This document shows positions 39,179-48,078 of a stretch of 64,000 nt of DNA, in pieces. Source of the DNA: an uncultured Candidatus Micrarchaeota archaeon (lineage in GTDB: Archaea; Micrarchaeota; Micrarchaeia; Anstonellales; Bilamarchaeaceae); contig OY970229.1 of assembly GCA_963714085.1 (NCBI GenBank), forward strand, positions 928,001-992,000, in the 5' to 3' direction. Numbering within the stretch: position 1 is the first letter of the stretch; the number at the start of each line of letters is the position of its first letter. The position numbers and the translations under genes were made by a program. A model generated the notes under the pieces. That model had not been told where the DNA came from, made no database searches, and was given only the letters and a program-made list of their open reading frames with translations.

Positions 39179-41855
39179 ATTTTGGTGGTTTAAACGCCCT
39201 AAGAATGAATTGTGCTTCGGCAGTATCAAGTTTTAAGGTGGATTCTAGTTTATGCCTCGCATCTATCCTCTTTTTCTTGGCTTCCTGCTCCAACTTCTGA
39301 GCGTCCATCAAGTTATTAACAAGCTCTCTAGAAAGATCTGCTGGGGGTAGAGGCATTTTAATAGAAGAAATTGTGTTCCATTTAACCCTTGTTCTATTGA
39401 CTCCAGTTGCAGTTAATAGTAAATCTGCCCGAACTTCTGGTGTTCGTAATAGCATCCATACGATGTATGGATCAAAACCAGCTTTTGCTTTCAAAATAGT
39501 GAATTCTTTAGCTACTACACAACCGTCAAATTCGGGCAGAACTACTGCCGCCGCACCATACGTTGCGCTGATGTGGCTAATAACAATTTGGCCAGTATGA
39601 ACACGATACAATTCTGGATATTTGCAATCCGATGCTAACTGTTCATCTCCCTTTCTTGCAAATCCGTCATATGTAACTAAGAGAAACGAGACACTTTCAC
39701 TAGATTCAGAAGTATCGATAACATCTTCTTCACTTGGTTCAATAGGTTCGACAAGTTCGGATAGACTAGCTACTCGAAGACCCATATTAGTCCAGTTACG
39801 AATCTGACGGCCTGGAGTTTCAAGGCACGATTTTACATCCATTCTATCGGCGATGCGGGAGGACGGCACTACGAATTTCCTGACTGATGGGTCACCATTT
39901 AGGAATCGGTGGAATAGTTCGACAACCGTTTTTATTTCAGAAATGGCGTTTTGCCGATTAATCGCATCAATGGGAAGAATTCTTTGACGTGCAGGGTCAT
40001 CAAGTCCGATATGTATGCAACCATACATGAATACAGAACCTTGCTCTTGCATGGCTCCCTCTGTTTTAGCATCGTCTTCATCAGCTTTTTTTTCGAGGTA
40101 TAGTAGAGAGGTTTTTACTCTTGCTTGTGAACGCTGAAATGCATCTCCGGGTAGGGAGATGACTGCTTTGACAATGAACTTTTTTCGTATAAAATCTCTA
40201 ACCCAACTCATATCAGAACCACTAAGTATGCCGTCATCGATAACTGTTACCATCCTTCCGCCAGTTTTCAGGAGGTCATAGTATCGTTCGAGAAACATGA
40301 TGCTTGATTTCAAACCTTCTCTCGGAGTTTTCTGGCCATTTTCTAAGTTAAAACCTAGTTCATATTGATCAAGAACCTTAGCCTCGGAAGGCGTTTTTCG
40401 GTCATACGTTTTAGCAAACGGTGGGTTGGTTATAACTACATCTGCAAATCCCTTGCGCCCGATTAATTTCGCTAGTTCTTTTTTTTCAACTTTGACTTCT
40501 AAACTATCATTAGTCAGTATCGTCAGCTCTTTGTCTAGCACATCAGCTTCAAAGATTTTACTTGCTCCATCTCCGTGCAAATGCATATTCATCCGAGTTA
40601 AACGGGACATGTTGGGTTCTTTGCCAGCATCCACTCCGAATAGCTGATTATCGGCAATCGCTTTTTTCATCTCTGCTTTTTGTTTTTGGGATAACGACGA
40701 GTTTGCATCTATTTTAGCCCATATCTCTACCAATGCCTCGATTAAGAATCCGCCCGTTCCGCAACACGCATCTAAAACAACATCACAACGATTTCGTTCG
40801 AGTTGAATGTCTGCAAGGCGTGTCCCCAGCTTAACTATGCTTCTTGGAGTAAAGAATTGACCCAAATCTTTACCTCGCATTGTTGCGTTCAGGAACCTTT
40901 CAAAGAGACGACCATTCAAGTCTGCTTCGATACCGAAAAGATAGATGTGTTCTAATTTCCCTACGACTCCACTTATGATTTCCGGGCTGAGATTGATGTG
41001 ATCATTAGCCTCAAAAATGCGTTTCGTAGTCCCATCTCGGATGGCCTTTTCAAGTTCTTCTAATAGTTCATGGAATTGAATCGTATCCATGGGATTTTGG
41101 GCATCACTTTCTCTGCTTTTAATCCATGAAGAAGAAAAATGAACATCCTCAGCTTTCACATTAAACTGTTTTAGATTAACTAACTCAGGATATTTCGCTC
41201 TGATAAAGCGGTCAGATAAAAGCTTCAGAAAGACTAGCTTTACAAATTCTTCAAAACCCGCAGCTTGACTGATATTACCTTTCTTGTAGATATACTGATG
41301 GCACCAAGCAAAAGTGGCATTGAGTGATTCGAGGGCGGTGGGCTTAAGAAGTTCGTGCATGTCCGTAGCTGGCATTGGCTCTTTCGCTACTAGGTTTTCT
41401 CTGCTCATTAGCCGCTGCAAGTCTTTGAACTTGGGATTAGAGTCAGTAAAGTCATCAAAGTTCATCTTCACGAGTGGCTTATCAGAATCCCACTCATATA
41501 GTTCAGTAAAAACACCATTTGTGATGAGAAAAAACTGAACTGGATTTTCATTTTTGAACGTTTGATTTAGCATCAGGCAGTAACCTGCGCATTGTGACAG
41601 ATACTTGTGTATCGGCTCTGATGGGGATTTGGCATCAATTACTAATCGAGGTTTAGTTTTCAACTTTATGATGTAGTCCGGCGTATATGGAACCTTTTTG
41701 CTTCCCAAAGAAACAACGACGCTCTTAATCTGAGTTTTTGGGATTATCTCACTGTCTTTGAAGCCCAAATCTTGCAGCAATCGATTTAGAAAAAACTGTT
41801 CTACTGACGCCTCGTTCGATAGATTTGTCGAAGCGCAGTATTTGTTTTTGCTCAT
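39177..41855 (-). CDS. Single-chain restriction-modification enzyme (HsdR_N-like nuclease, N6-adenine MTase, specificity-like domain; Type IIG/IIB-like)
   Basis: PDY...IDAK, GQFFTPR, DACCGTGGFL, ITNPPF, C-terminal HsdS-like region. Confidence 0.88.
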   Translation of the reverse strand: MSKNKYCASTNLSNEASVEQFFLNRLLQDLGFKDSEIIPKTQIKSVVVSLGSKKVPYTPDYIIKLKTKPRLVIDAKSPSEPIHKYLSQCAGYCLMLNQTFKNENPVQFFLITNGVFTELYEWDSDKPLVKMNFDDFTDSNPKFKDLQRLMSRENLVAKEPMPATDMHELLKPTALESLNATFAWCHQYIYKKGNISQAAGFEEFVKLVFLKLLSDRFIRAKYPELVNLKQFNVKAEDVHFSSSWIKSRESDAQNPMDTIQFHELLEELEKAIRDGTTKRIFEANDHINLSPEIISGVVGKLEHIYLFGIEADLNGRLFERFLNATMRGKDLGQFFTPRSIVKLGTRLADIQLERNRCDVVLDACCGTGGFLIEALVEIWAKIDANSSLSQKQKAEMKKAIADNQLFGVDAGKEPNMSRLTRMNMHLHGDGASKIFEADVLDKELTILTNDSLEVKVEKKELAKLIGRKGFADVVITNPPFAKTYDRKTPSEAKVLDQYELGFNLENGQKTPREGLKSSIMFLERYYDLLKTGGRMVTVIDDGILSGSDMSWVRDFIRKKFIVKAVISLPGDAFQRSQARVKTSLLYLEKKADEDDAKTEGAMQEQGSVFMYGCIHIGLDDPARQRILPIDAINRQNAISEIKTVVELFHRFLNGDPSVRKFVVPSSRIADRMDVKSCLETPGRQIRNWTNMGLRVASLSELVEPIEPSEEDVIDTSESSESVSFLLVTYDGFARKGDEQLASDCKYPELYRVHTGQIVISHISATYGAAAVVLPEFDGCVVAKEFTILKAKAGFDPYIVWMLLRTPEVRADLLLTATGVNRTRVKWNTISSIKMPLPPADLSRELVNNLMDAQKLEQEAKKKRIDARHKLESTLKLDTAEAQFILRAFKPPK

Positions 41856-42190
41856 TTCCCCGCCTTCCTTATCCGATCTTTCGACGCTTCAATAACCTTT
41901 TGTCCTACAGGGCAACTACTAAATTCCTTTTTGCTCCAATCAATCATTTTGTGCTCATCAAAGAGCATATCACAATCATCACAAATATACGCATGAGCTA
42001 TTATCGAAACAAGACCGGAATGCGCGTCACCTTCGGAATCCATGCTGCAAAAAGGGAAGTCGCCTCCATTTAATCTAGGAGAAGCATGGGTGCCACACCA
42101 TCCGGTTACATCTACGATACAGCCGCTTCCACAATTTGGGCATTTGCCTTCTAGAAATGCTTTTTTATTAAACTTTTCGTCACTTCCCAT
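41852..42190 (-). CDS. Cys-rich zinc-finger protein (cargo)
   Basis: CPNCG and CDDC; overlaps the R-M start by 4 nt. Confidence 0.6.
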   Translation of the reverse strand: MGSDEKFNKKAFLEGKCPNCGSGCIVDVTGWCGTHASPRLNGGDFPFCSMDSEGDAHSGLVSIIAHAYICDDCDMLFDEHKMIDWSKKEFSSCPVGQKVIEASKDRIRKAGK

Positions 42191-42195
42191 TTACC

Positions 42196-42426
42196 TCACC
42201 TAATCCACCAAATCCAGATACCTCTCCCGGCCTTCAGTTGTTTACCATTAATGCGGTTATCGCCTCGTAACATAAGTAAGCGATGAAAAACCTTGGTGCG
42301 TGTGATTTTCTTATCTTTAAAACGGTCTACGATTTCCATAGTTTCAAGAGGTTCTTGTGCCATTCTTATGATGGAATAAAGATTTTCACGAACAAGATCT
42401 TCTTTGCCGTACTTTTTTCCATCCAT
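42196..42426 (-). CDS. Small winged-helix-like protein (cargo)
   Basis: 76 aa, helical with a terminal GIWIWW beta-wing; heads the R-M operon. Confidence 0.6.
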   Translation of the reverse strand: MDGKKYGKEDLVRENLYSIIRMAQEPLETMEIVDRFKDKKITRTKVFHRLLMLRGDNRINGKQLKAGRGIWIWWIR

Positions 42427-42546
42427 AGATAAAAGTATATATTGATAGATTTATGAATCAACCTTTCCATAAATACTTCAAAATATTAATCGATGAATGT
42501 ATAGAACTAGCTATAACTCATAAAACAGAAGAAGGCACAAAGAGAG

Positions 42547-43335
42547 CTATGGTTTCTCGGGTTTTGGAGGGTAATAGACCCCGATTATTAGCCACTCATT
42601 CCAATTACTCTCTGTTCCTACAAAAAAGTACACGTCCTTTTTAGATAAAAATTCCGTCTTATACTTCTGGACACATTTTTGAATTGCGGTTTCTTCAGTT
42701 CCATATTTCTTTAGCATCTGCCGATATAACTCCAACAATTCCCAGTCTTCTACCATCATATCATGACCAGGACAGGTAGCATCACACCTAAACTTATATG
42801 CAAAACGGTAAGGGATTTTGTCTAATGGACTTTTGTATGGTTCCCCCCCCAATGTCTTCTGCTTTCCTTCGACCAAATCTTTTTCCCAACCTCTTGCTTT
42901 TTCAATTGGTTCGGCATAAAAGTCGTCGATAAATTCTGGGTGGATGAATCCCAAAGACGTGTGGTCCTTATCATACTCGGTTTTAAGTGCCTCTATTGAT
43001 GGCATTAAGAATGGTAATAAGAACGTGTTTCGTTTTTTCCAGTCGCCTTCTGTAGGGATATACTTTCCAGTACGTACAATCGTATCGTCCTTGACTTTAT
43101 GACTTTCTTTCCGTTTGAACTTTTCATTCGGGTTGTGCTCCGCATTTACCTCGATCAACTCGAATTTATGAGGTCTTTTTTCATAAGGTAAATCGAAAAA
43201 TCTTACCGGGTATATCCTAATCCATTCTTTAGCGTCAATGTCAATTCCGGCCATACAAGCCGTTCGTTCATATTTTCGACTAAGGTTGGGGTATGTTTTT
43301 ACCAAAAGAAGAACCTTCCTTCTTTTGAATGTCAT
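42547..43335 (-). CDS. Uncharacterised DUF488-associated protein
   Basis: VKTYP..S.KY..T.C.AGI, WIRIYPV.F, SLG, KF.C....C.GH....DWE, F.VGT; 4-nt overlap with the DUF488 gene. Confidence 0.7.
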   Translation of the reverse strand: MTFKRRKVLLLVKTYPNLSRKYERTACMAGIDIDAKEWIRIYPVRFFDLPYEKRPHKFELIEVNAEHNPNEKFKRKESHKVKDDTIVRTGKYIPTEGDWKKRNTFLLPFLMPSIEALKTEYDKDHTSLGFIHPEFIDDFYAEPIEKARGWEKDLVEGKQKTLGGEPYKSPLDKIPYRFAYKFRCDATCPGHDMMVEDWELLELYRQMLKKYGTEETAIQKCVQKYKTEFLSKKDVYFFVGTESNWNEWLIIGVYYPPKPEKP

Positions 43336-44135
43336 ATATCTACCACCCTGAACCCATCCCGAATCAATTTCTTTTTTATGATGCTCCTATGGCATTTGTT
43401 AACGTCCTTTTCAAAACACATCATCACCGTTTTCCTTACCTGAGCCAACCCTTCAAGATCCAACAACTGTTCTTGAGATTCGGGTTTTGATAGTGCTTCT
43501 TCGTACTCTTTAAAAAACTCAGGATAATCCCACCCCTCCCAAAGCTTATGTCTAAGTTCCCTTGGCGATCCTAAAAGCGGGAAGTGTTTGTATACAATCC
43601 CGTTTTCCTGAAGTGCTTTCGACAACGCTGATTTTGCAAAACCATTTTTCCTACTAAAAGCGAGTTCTCTTACGTCGATTACCTGCTGAACCCCATTTTC
43701 CTTCAAAACACCGACAAATTCTAATAGATTCTTGCCTTCGTATCCGATGGTAAATACTACAGTGTCGCTTTTATGCGGGAGATACCAGTAAGTCAAGGTC
43801 CCTTCCTTCCTTCTTTGAAGCTTAACCTCTTCTTCAAGTCGCCTAACCCATGAGTTGTTTGGGACTTCTTGTGGCAGACCGAGTTTGGTTTTTATATCAT
43901 GCCACGTCATGCCTGCCTTTGTTTTGTTCAATAAGTTCGTGATCTTAATTTTGAACTCTTCATACGTCAATACGTCCGATTTTATTACGACAAGTCCTTC
44001 CGTAGTTACATGAGTTTTGAGGTTTTGGCCTTCTTTCCATCCGAGTAATGCTATGTCGCTGGGTGGGATGGTTATTACCCATTTTGTATACTCTTTATCA
44101 TCGACCTTTCTGGATAGCTGTTTTTGTAATTGCAT
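43332..44135 (-). CDS. AbrB-like DNA-binding domain, HTH-like domain and DUF488 fusion
   Basis: ITIP......LGWKEG; FTIGYEG, IDVR....SRKNGF.K, LGSP, MCFE.....CHR. Confidence 0.82.
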   Translation of the reverse strand: MQLQKQLSRKVDDKEYTKWVITIPPSDIALLGWKEGQNLKTHVTTEGLVVIKSDVLTYEEFKIKITNLLNKTKAGMTWHDIKTKLGLPQEVPNNSWVRRLEEEVKLQRRKEGTLTYWYLPHKSDTVVFTIGYEGKNLLEFVGVLKENGVQQVIDVRELAFSRKNGFAKSALSKALQENGIVYKHFPLLGSPRELRHKLWEGWDYPEFFKEYEEALSKPESQEQLLDLEGLAQVRKTVMMCFEKDVNKCHRSIIKKKLIRDGFRVVDI

Positions 44136-44145
44136 ATCTCTGTCT

Positions 44146-44235
44146 TAGGTACCAATATTTATATATCTTGGTAGGTACCTACATAGTATTTAAATCAATA
44201 GGTACCTAATATATCTGTAAGCTGTTAGGTACCTA
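44146..44235. promoter_or_regulatory. Four palindromic TAGGTACCTA-type boxes in a divergent promoter
   Basis: Copies at 44146 (TAGGTACCAA), 44172, 44199 and 44226, spaced 26/27/27 nt, interleaved with TATA-like tracts. Confidence 0.8.
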
Positions 44236-44244
44236 AGATATGAA

Positions 44245-45471
44245 ATGATACACTGGATGATTGAAATGCCTGAACAAAACCCACCCTGCAAGCACTGCGG
44301 CTCTCCCTTCGTCATCCGAGACAGCGTAATCCAAACCGCCGAATGGGAGAACGGGATATACACCTGCTGCCGATGCATGAGGAGCTTCACCCAAAAGGTC
44401 GAGAAAAAGATGGAAATCGAAAGACCCGAAGGCTTCCAGTCCTTCCTCCCTCCGCCCAGCCCTACAGCGCCTATCCAATGGTCCCAATACAACGAGGCTC
44501 AGGTGCGCGAGAAGCTCCTGTTCCTCGAAATCCTCCAAGACCTGTGCTCCAGGCTTCCGGACGGAGAACCGGGCAAGGTAGGCCGTCCCAGGGCTTCCAC
44601 AAGAGAGATGGTCTTCTGCATGGTAGCCAAGCTCTACGAGGGACTGTCCTCCCGCAGGGTGTCTTCGGACCTCCAAATAGCCGCCCAAAGGGGCCATATC
44701 GCCAAGGTCCCGCATTTCAATACTGTCCTCAAGTACTTCAACGATCCCGGCATGGCGCCGCTCCTGACCGGGCTTATCCAGCTCTCATCGCTTCCTCTGA
44801 GGGACTTCGAGACCACGTTCGCGGTGGATGCAAGCGGCCTCAGCTCCGCGTTCTATTCGAGATGGTTCGATTACAGGTTCGGGCATCTCGACGGAAGGGA
44901 AAGCAAGGCCCACGACTGGATAAAAATCCACGTCGTCTGCGGGGTGAAGTCAAACATCGTGACCTCAATTGTTGTCACCGACGGCAAGACCAGTGACTGC
45001 CCCCAATTTCCCGCGCTCCTGAAGACCACGGCGGAGAACTTCGACGTCAAGGAAATCACGGCGGATAAGGGTTATTCAAGTCGGCGGAATATCGACGCGG
45101 CATTCGAGATCGGCGCCGTCCCGCTCATCCCATTCAAGTCCAATACTACGGGAAACGCGGGCGGAAGCCTAGCCTGGAGCAAGATGTACCATTACTACCA
45201 GCTGCAAAGGGAGGCTTTCCTGGCTCGGTACCACCAGCGGAGCAACGTAGAAAGCACGTTCAGCGCCCTGAAAAGGAAGTTCTCGACCAAGCTTATGCTG
45301 AAAAACGAGCCCGCCCAGGTCAACGAAGCCCTTGCCATGATCCTTTGCCACAACATCTGCGTCCTGATCCGGGAAGCGTTCGAGAACGGGATTTCTACTG
45401 AGTTCGAGGGGGTTGCACATAAAGTTCCGGTGCTGCACATAAAGGAGGGGATAACGTTTGGAAATCGCTAA
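44245..45471 (+). CDS. IS4/IS5-superfamily DDE transposase with N-terminal zinc ribbon
   Basis: CKHC/CCRC, GRP, AVDASG, KIH, ADKGY, Y(2)R(3)E(6)K signature YHQRSNVESTFSALK, CHNI. Confidence 0.9.
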   Translation: MIHWMIEMPEQNPPCKHCGSPFVIRDSVIQTAEWENGIYTCCRCMRSFTQKVEKKMEIERPEGFQSFLPPPSPTAPIQWSQYNEAQVREKLLFLEILQDLCSRLPDGEPGKVGRPRASTREMVFCMVAKLYEGLSSRRVSSDLQIAAQRGHIAKVPHFNTVLKYFNDPGMAPLLTGLIQLSSLPLRDFETTFAVDASGLSSAFYSRWFDYRFGHLDGRESKAHDWIKIHVVCGVKSNIVTSIVVTDGKTSDCPQFPALLKTTAENFDVKEITADKGYSSRRNIDAAFEIGAVPLIPFKSNTTGNAGGSLAWSKMYHYYQLQREAFLARYHQRSNVESTFSALKRKFSTKLMLKNEPAQVNEALAMILCHNICVLIREAFENGISTEFEGVAHKVPVLHIKEGITFGNR

Positions 45472-45548
45472 TTTGTGTGCAATGCCCTTTTTTCGGGATT
45501 TGCACATAAACTAGGGGCTGCACATAAATCGGGCTGCTTGCACATAAA
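45414..45548. repeat. Right end plus adjacent orphan left end: six TGCACATAAA-type motifs
   Basis: Direct copies at 45414, 45434, 45501, 45519, 45539; inverted copy TTTGTGTGCA at 45472. Confidence 0.9.
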
Positions 45549-45578
45549 ATAAGGGATAAAACAATCGACGTCCGGGCT

Positions 45579-46154
45579 CTATCTACCGAACCTTCTCTCG
45601 AGCAGCTCGGCGGGCGGCTTGGTGAAAAGATAGTACTTCTCGTGGCCCTCGAGCTCGTTGAGTATCCTGTGGCTGAAGACCGCTACCGGGTCGGCAAGGC
45701 TCGGCACCCTCTTGTGGAGGTCCGCGAAGCTCTCGAACGGAGTCTTCTCCCGCTCTGTGAGCAGCGCCTCCATGGTCTTCTTGCCTATGCCTGGGAGCAG
45801 GTCCAGGGTGTGCACCCTTATGGATATGGGCTTGGCCCTGTTGAGGAAGTCCACGAACTCCTTCTCCCGCTCCGTTATCGCCTTCTTCACTATGTTCGGC
45901 AGGAATTCCCTCGCGCCGTTTGTGAGGTCCTCGTATTTTATCCTGCCCTTGATGTGCTCGACCTCCTGCCTGCCCTCCTTGCCCACGCACACCTTCTGGC
46001 CTATCACTATGGCCGCTTCCGGCTTGACCGACGCCTCGAGCAGGGTGAAGAACCTTGTGCCCAGCAGCTGGACCATGGGCTCCCTCTTTATGGCAGCCGC
46101 ATGGCCAAGTGGCATGTATTCGACGACCCAGGCGTAGTCCTCCATAGTGAACAT
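45579..46154 (-). CDS. DUF655 family predicted RNA-binding protein
   Basis: FTLLE, H.LDLLPGIGKK HhH, PFESF; usual position after rpoF. Confidence 0.9.
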   Translation of the reverse strand: MFTMEDYAWVVEYMPLGHAAAIKREPMVQLLGTRFFTLLEASVKPEAAIVIGQKVCVGKEGRQEVEHIKGRIKYEDLTNGAREFLPNIVKKAITEREKEFVDFLNRAKPISIRVHTLDLLPGIGKKTMEALLTEREKTPFESFADLHKRVPSLADPVAVFSHRILNELEGHEKYYLFTKPPAELLERRFGR

Positions 46155-46155
46155 C

Positions 46156-46476
46156 TCATTTCTGCAATTGCTTTAGGATCTCTGCCGCATCCTCATCTTT
46201 CATCTCGATCTTGTTCTTGGCTATTATGGCCTTGAGCGTCTCCTGGTACTTCGGGCTGAGGTCCACGAGCTTGACCGCGGTCTCCCTGTCCACAACGCCC
46301 TTCTTGACCAGACCGTCCGCGGCCTTCTCGGCCTCCGAGGGCGTCCAGCGGGAGAACTTCTCCGCATGCTCGGCCGCCTGCGCCTGCTCGTATTCGAGCT
46401 CCTTGTCCTTCTTCCGCTCCTCGAGCAGCTCCTTGACCTCGGCTATAGAAGCCGGCCTTGATTTCACGATCTTCAT
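46156..46476 (-). CDS. rpoF: RNA polymerase subunit F (Rpo4)
   Basis: EVKELL, LEYEQ....EH..KF, AVKLVDL.P; lies between rpl21e and DUF655; ATG at 46476. Confidence 0.88.
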   Translation of the reverse strand: MKIVKSRPASIAEVKELLEERKKDKELEYEQAQAAEHAEKFSRWTPSEAEKAADGLVKKGVVDRETAVKLVDLSPKYQETLKAIIAKNKIEMKDEDAAEILKQLQK

Positions 46477-46487
46477 GTTGCAACACC

Positions 46488-46763
46488 CTACGCGGCTTTG
46501 AGATGTATCGGGCTGGCGATCAGCCGCTTCTCGAGTCCGCCGTCCTTTATCTTTATCACGTAGCATCCGCCCCTCTTCTCGACGATGGTGCCGTGCCTGC
46601 CCTTGTACCTCATGTGCGGCTGGCCCGAGGATGCCGCCCTCTGCTTGATGACGACCTTGGTGCCGACCTGGAAAGTCTTGACCTGATCGCACACCGTGAG
46701 GTTCATCCTGCCCCGGAGCTTCCTGGAATTGCCGCTCAATGTCCCTTTGGAATTTTTGACCAT
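46488..46763 (-). CDS. rpl21e: 50S ribosomal protein L21e
   Basis: GQPH.RYKGR.G, IKDGG..K.L...P.HLK. Confidence 0.93.
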   Translation of the reverse strand: MVKNSKGTLSGNSRKLRGRMNLTVCDQVKTFQVGTKVVIKQRAASSGQPHMRYKGRHGTIVEKRGGCYVIKIKDGGLEKRLIASPIHLKAA

Positions 46764-46934
46764 TTATCCCACCTTATCGTATGTACGGCATGGCACCGGA
46801 TGCCCATTAAAGCCTGTGGCTCCTGCGCACGTGCCCTGCACAACCCATTATCATGACGAAATGTTTTTAAAAGGCAGCCGCTCCTTTTAAAAGGTTCCTT
46901 TAAAAACGATTCCTTCCATTTAAAAATAGGTAAG

Positions 46935-47504
46935 GTGGTCTTTTTGTCTAAAAACCCCGAATTCGTAATCACGAACATGGTGGCTTCTGCGTCGCTCGGC
47001 CTCGAGCTCGACCTCTACTCGCTTGCGCAGAAGATAAAGGAGATAGAGTACGAGCCCGAGCAGTTCCCAGGAGCCATACTGAAGTTCAAGGATCCCAAGG
47101 CGTCGCTGCTCCTCTTCAAGAACGGCAAGGTCGTGTGCGTCGGCTGCAAGAAGCGCTCGCTCATAGAGAAGACCATAGAGAGGACCATAAAGCTCCTCAC
47201 GCCCTACGCCAAGAGGATAACCAAGACCAAGAAGCCCAAGATAGAGATAACCAACATCGTCGCCTCGGCCGCCCTCGGCATAGACCTGGACCTCTACAAG
47301 ATCGCCTACAAGGTCAAGGACGTGGAATACGAGCCCGAGCAGTTCCCCGGAGCCATACTGAAGTTCAAGGAACCGAAGGCATCATTGCTCCTCTTCAAGA
47401 ACGGGAAGGTCATATGCGCCGGAGCGAAGAACGAAGCGGACATACGCACCGTGCTCCGCAAGGCCAAGACCCTCCTAGAGAAATACAGCGAGAAGAAGAA
47501 ATGA
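46935..47504 (+). CDS. tbp: TATA-box binding protein
   Basis: Two N.VAS...YEPEQFPG...LLFKNGKV.C.G repeats. Confidence 0.96.
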   Translation: MVFLSKNPEFVITNMVASASLGLELDLYSLAQKIKEIEYEPEQFPGAILKFKDPKASLLLFKNGKVVCVGCKKRSLIEKTIERTIKLLTPYAKRITKTKKPKIEITNIVASAALGIDLDLYKIAYKVKDVEYEPEQFPGAILKFKEPKASLLLFKNGKVICAGAKNEADIRTVLRKAKTLLEKYSEKKK

Positions 47505-47520
47505 TCCCACGGTTGATGCG

Positions 47521-48078
47521 GTGAGGGGCCTATTCGCGCTTGGCATAACCATCCTGCTGCTTTTCGGCTGCATATCCAGCGACACCAAGGTCGGCCTCAC
47601 CACCGAGGCCGCGTGCGACAACCCCACGCCGCCCAAGCCCCCGTTGCGCGACTCCGAGAAGATCGCATGCTACCACCAGGCGGCGATCAGCGACGCCTAC
47701 CTCGTGGATAACAACGGCGCGCGCGATACATGCTCCGACATCATGAACAAGATAGGCGACAATCACCCGAACGACGACATCGGCGCGCAGGCCGAGACCG
47801 AGCGCAACCTCTGCTTCTTCGACATCGCGAAGATAATCGCCAGGCAGAACGGCATGCAGCAGTTCGCGCTCGACATATGCAGCAACATACGTGACAGCAC
47901 CGGCCACAGCCTGACCGGCGCGCAGGTCACGGAGGACACCTGCGCGAGCGAGGTGCAGAAGCAGGCGGCCGTAACCACGGAGCAGTACTACGCGAGCCCG
48001 AACAACATCTGCAGCCTGGCCCTAATCCTGCCCCTCATCCTCGCGTTCGCGCTGTTCGAATGGAAAAGGCGCGAATGA
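47521..48078 (+). CDS. Cys-rich lipoprotein-like protein with C-terminal TM
   Basis: LLLFGC signal, spaced Cys residues, terminal hydrophobic helix. Confidence 0.7.
   Translation: MRGLFALGITILLLFGCISSDTKVGLTTEAACDNPTPPKPPLRDSEKIACYHQAAISDAYLVDNNGARDTCSDIMNKIGDNHPNDDIGAQAETERNLCFFDIAKIIARQNGMQQFALDICSNIRDSTGHSLTGAQVTEDTCASEVQKQAAVTTEQYYASPNNICSLALILPLILAFALFEWKRRE

Larger units (their letters stand above)
36610..45487. mobile_element. Cargo transposon with IS4/IS5-type DDE transposase and defence-like cargo
   Basis: TIRs GGGCCTTGCACATAAA (36610-25) and reverse complement GGGCATTGCACACAAA (45487-72), 14/16 match; TTTTTTC at 36603-09 and 45488-94; transposase stop abuts the right TIR; AT-rich cargo. 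Confidence 0.75.

Noticed and set aside
44146..44235. TAGGTACCTA array as CRISPR or as the transposase's left TIR
   Set aside because: Units are too short for CRISPR, and there is no matching copy at the transposase 3' end; an operator array fits better.
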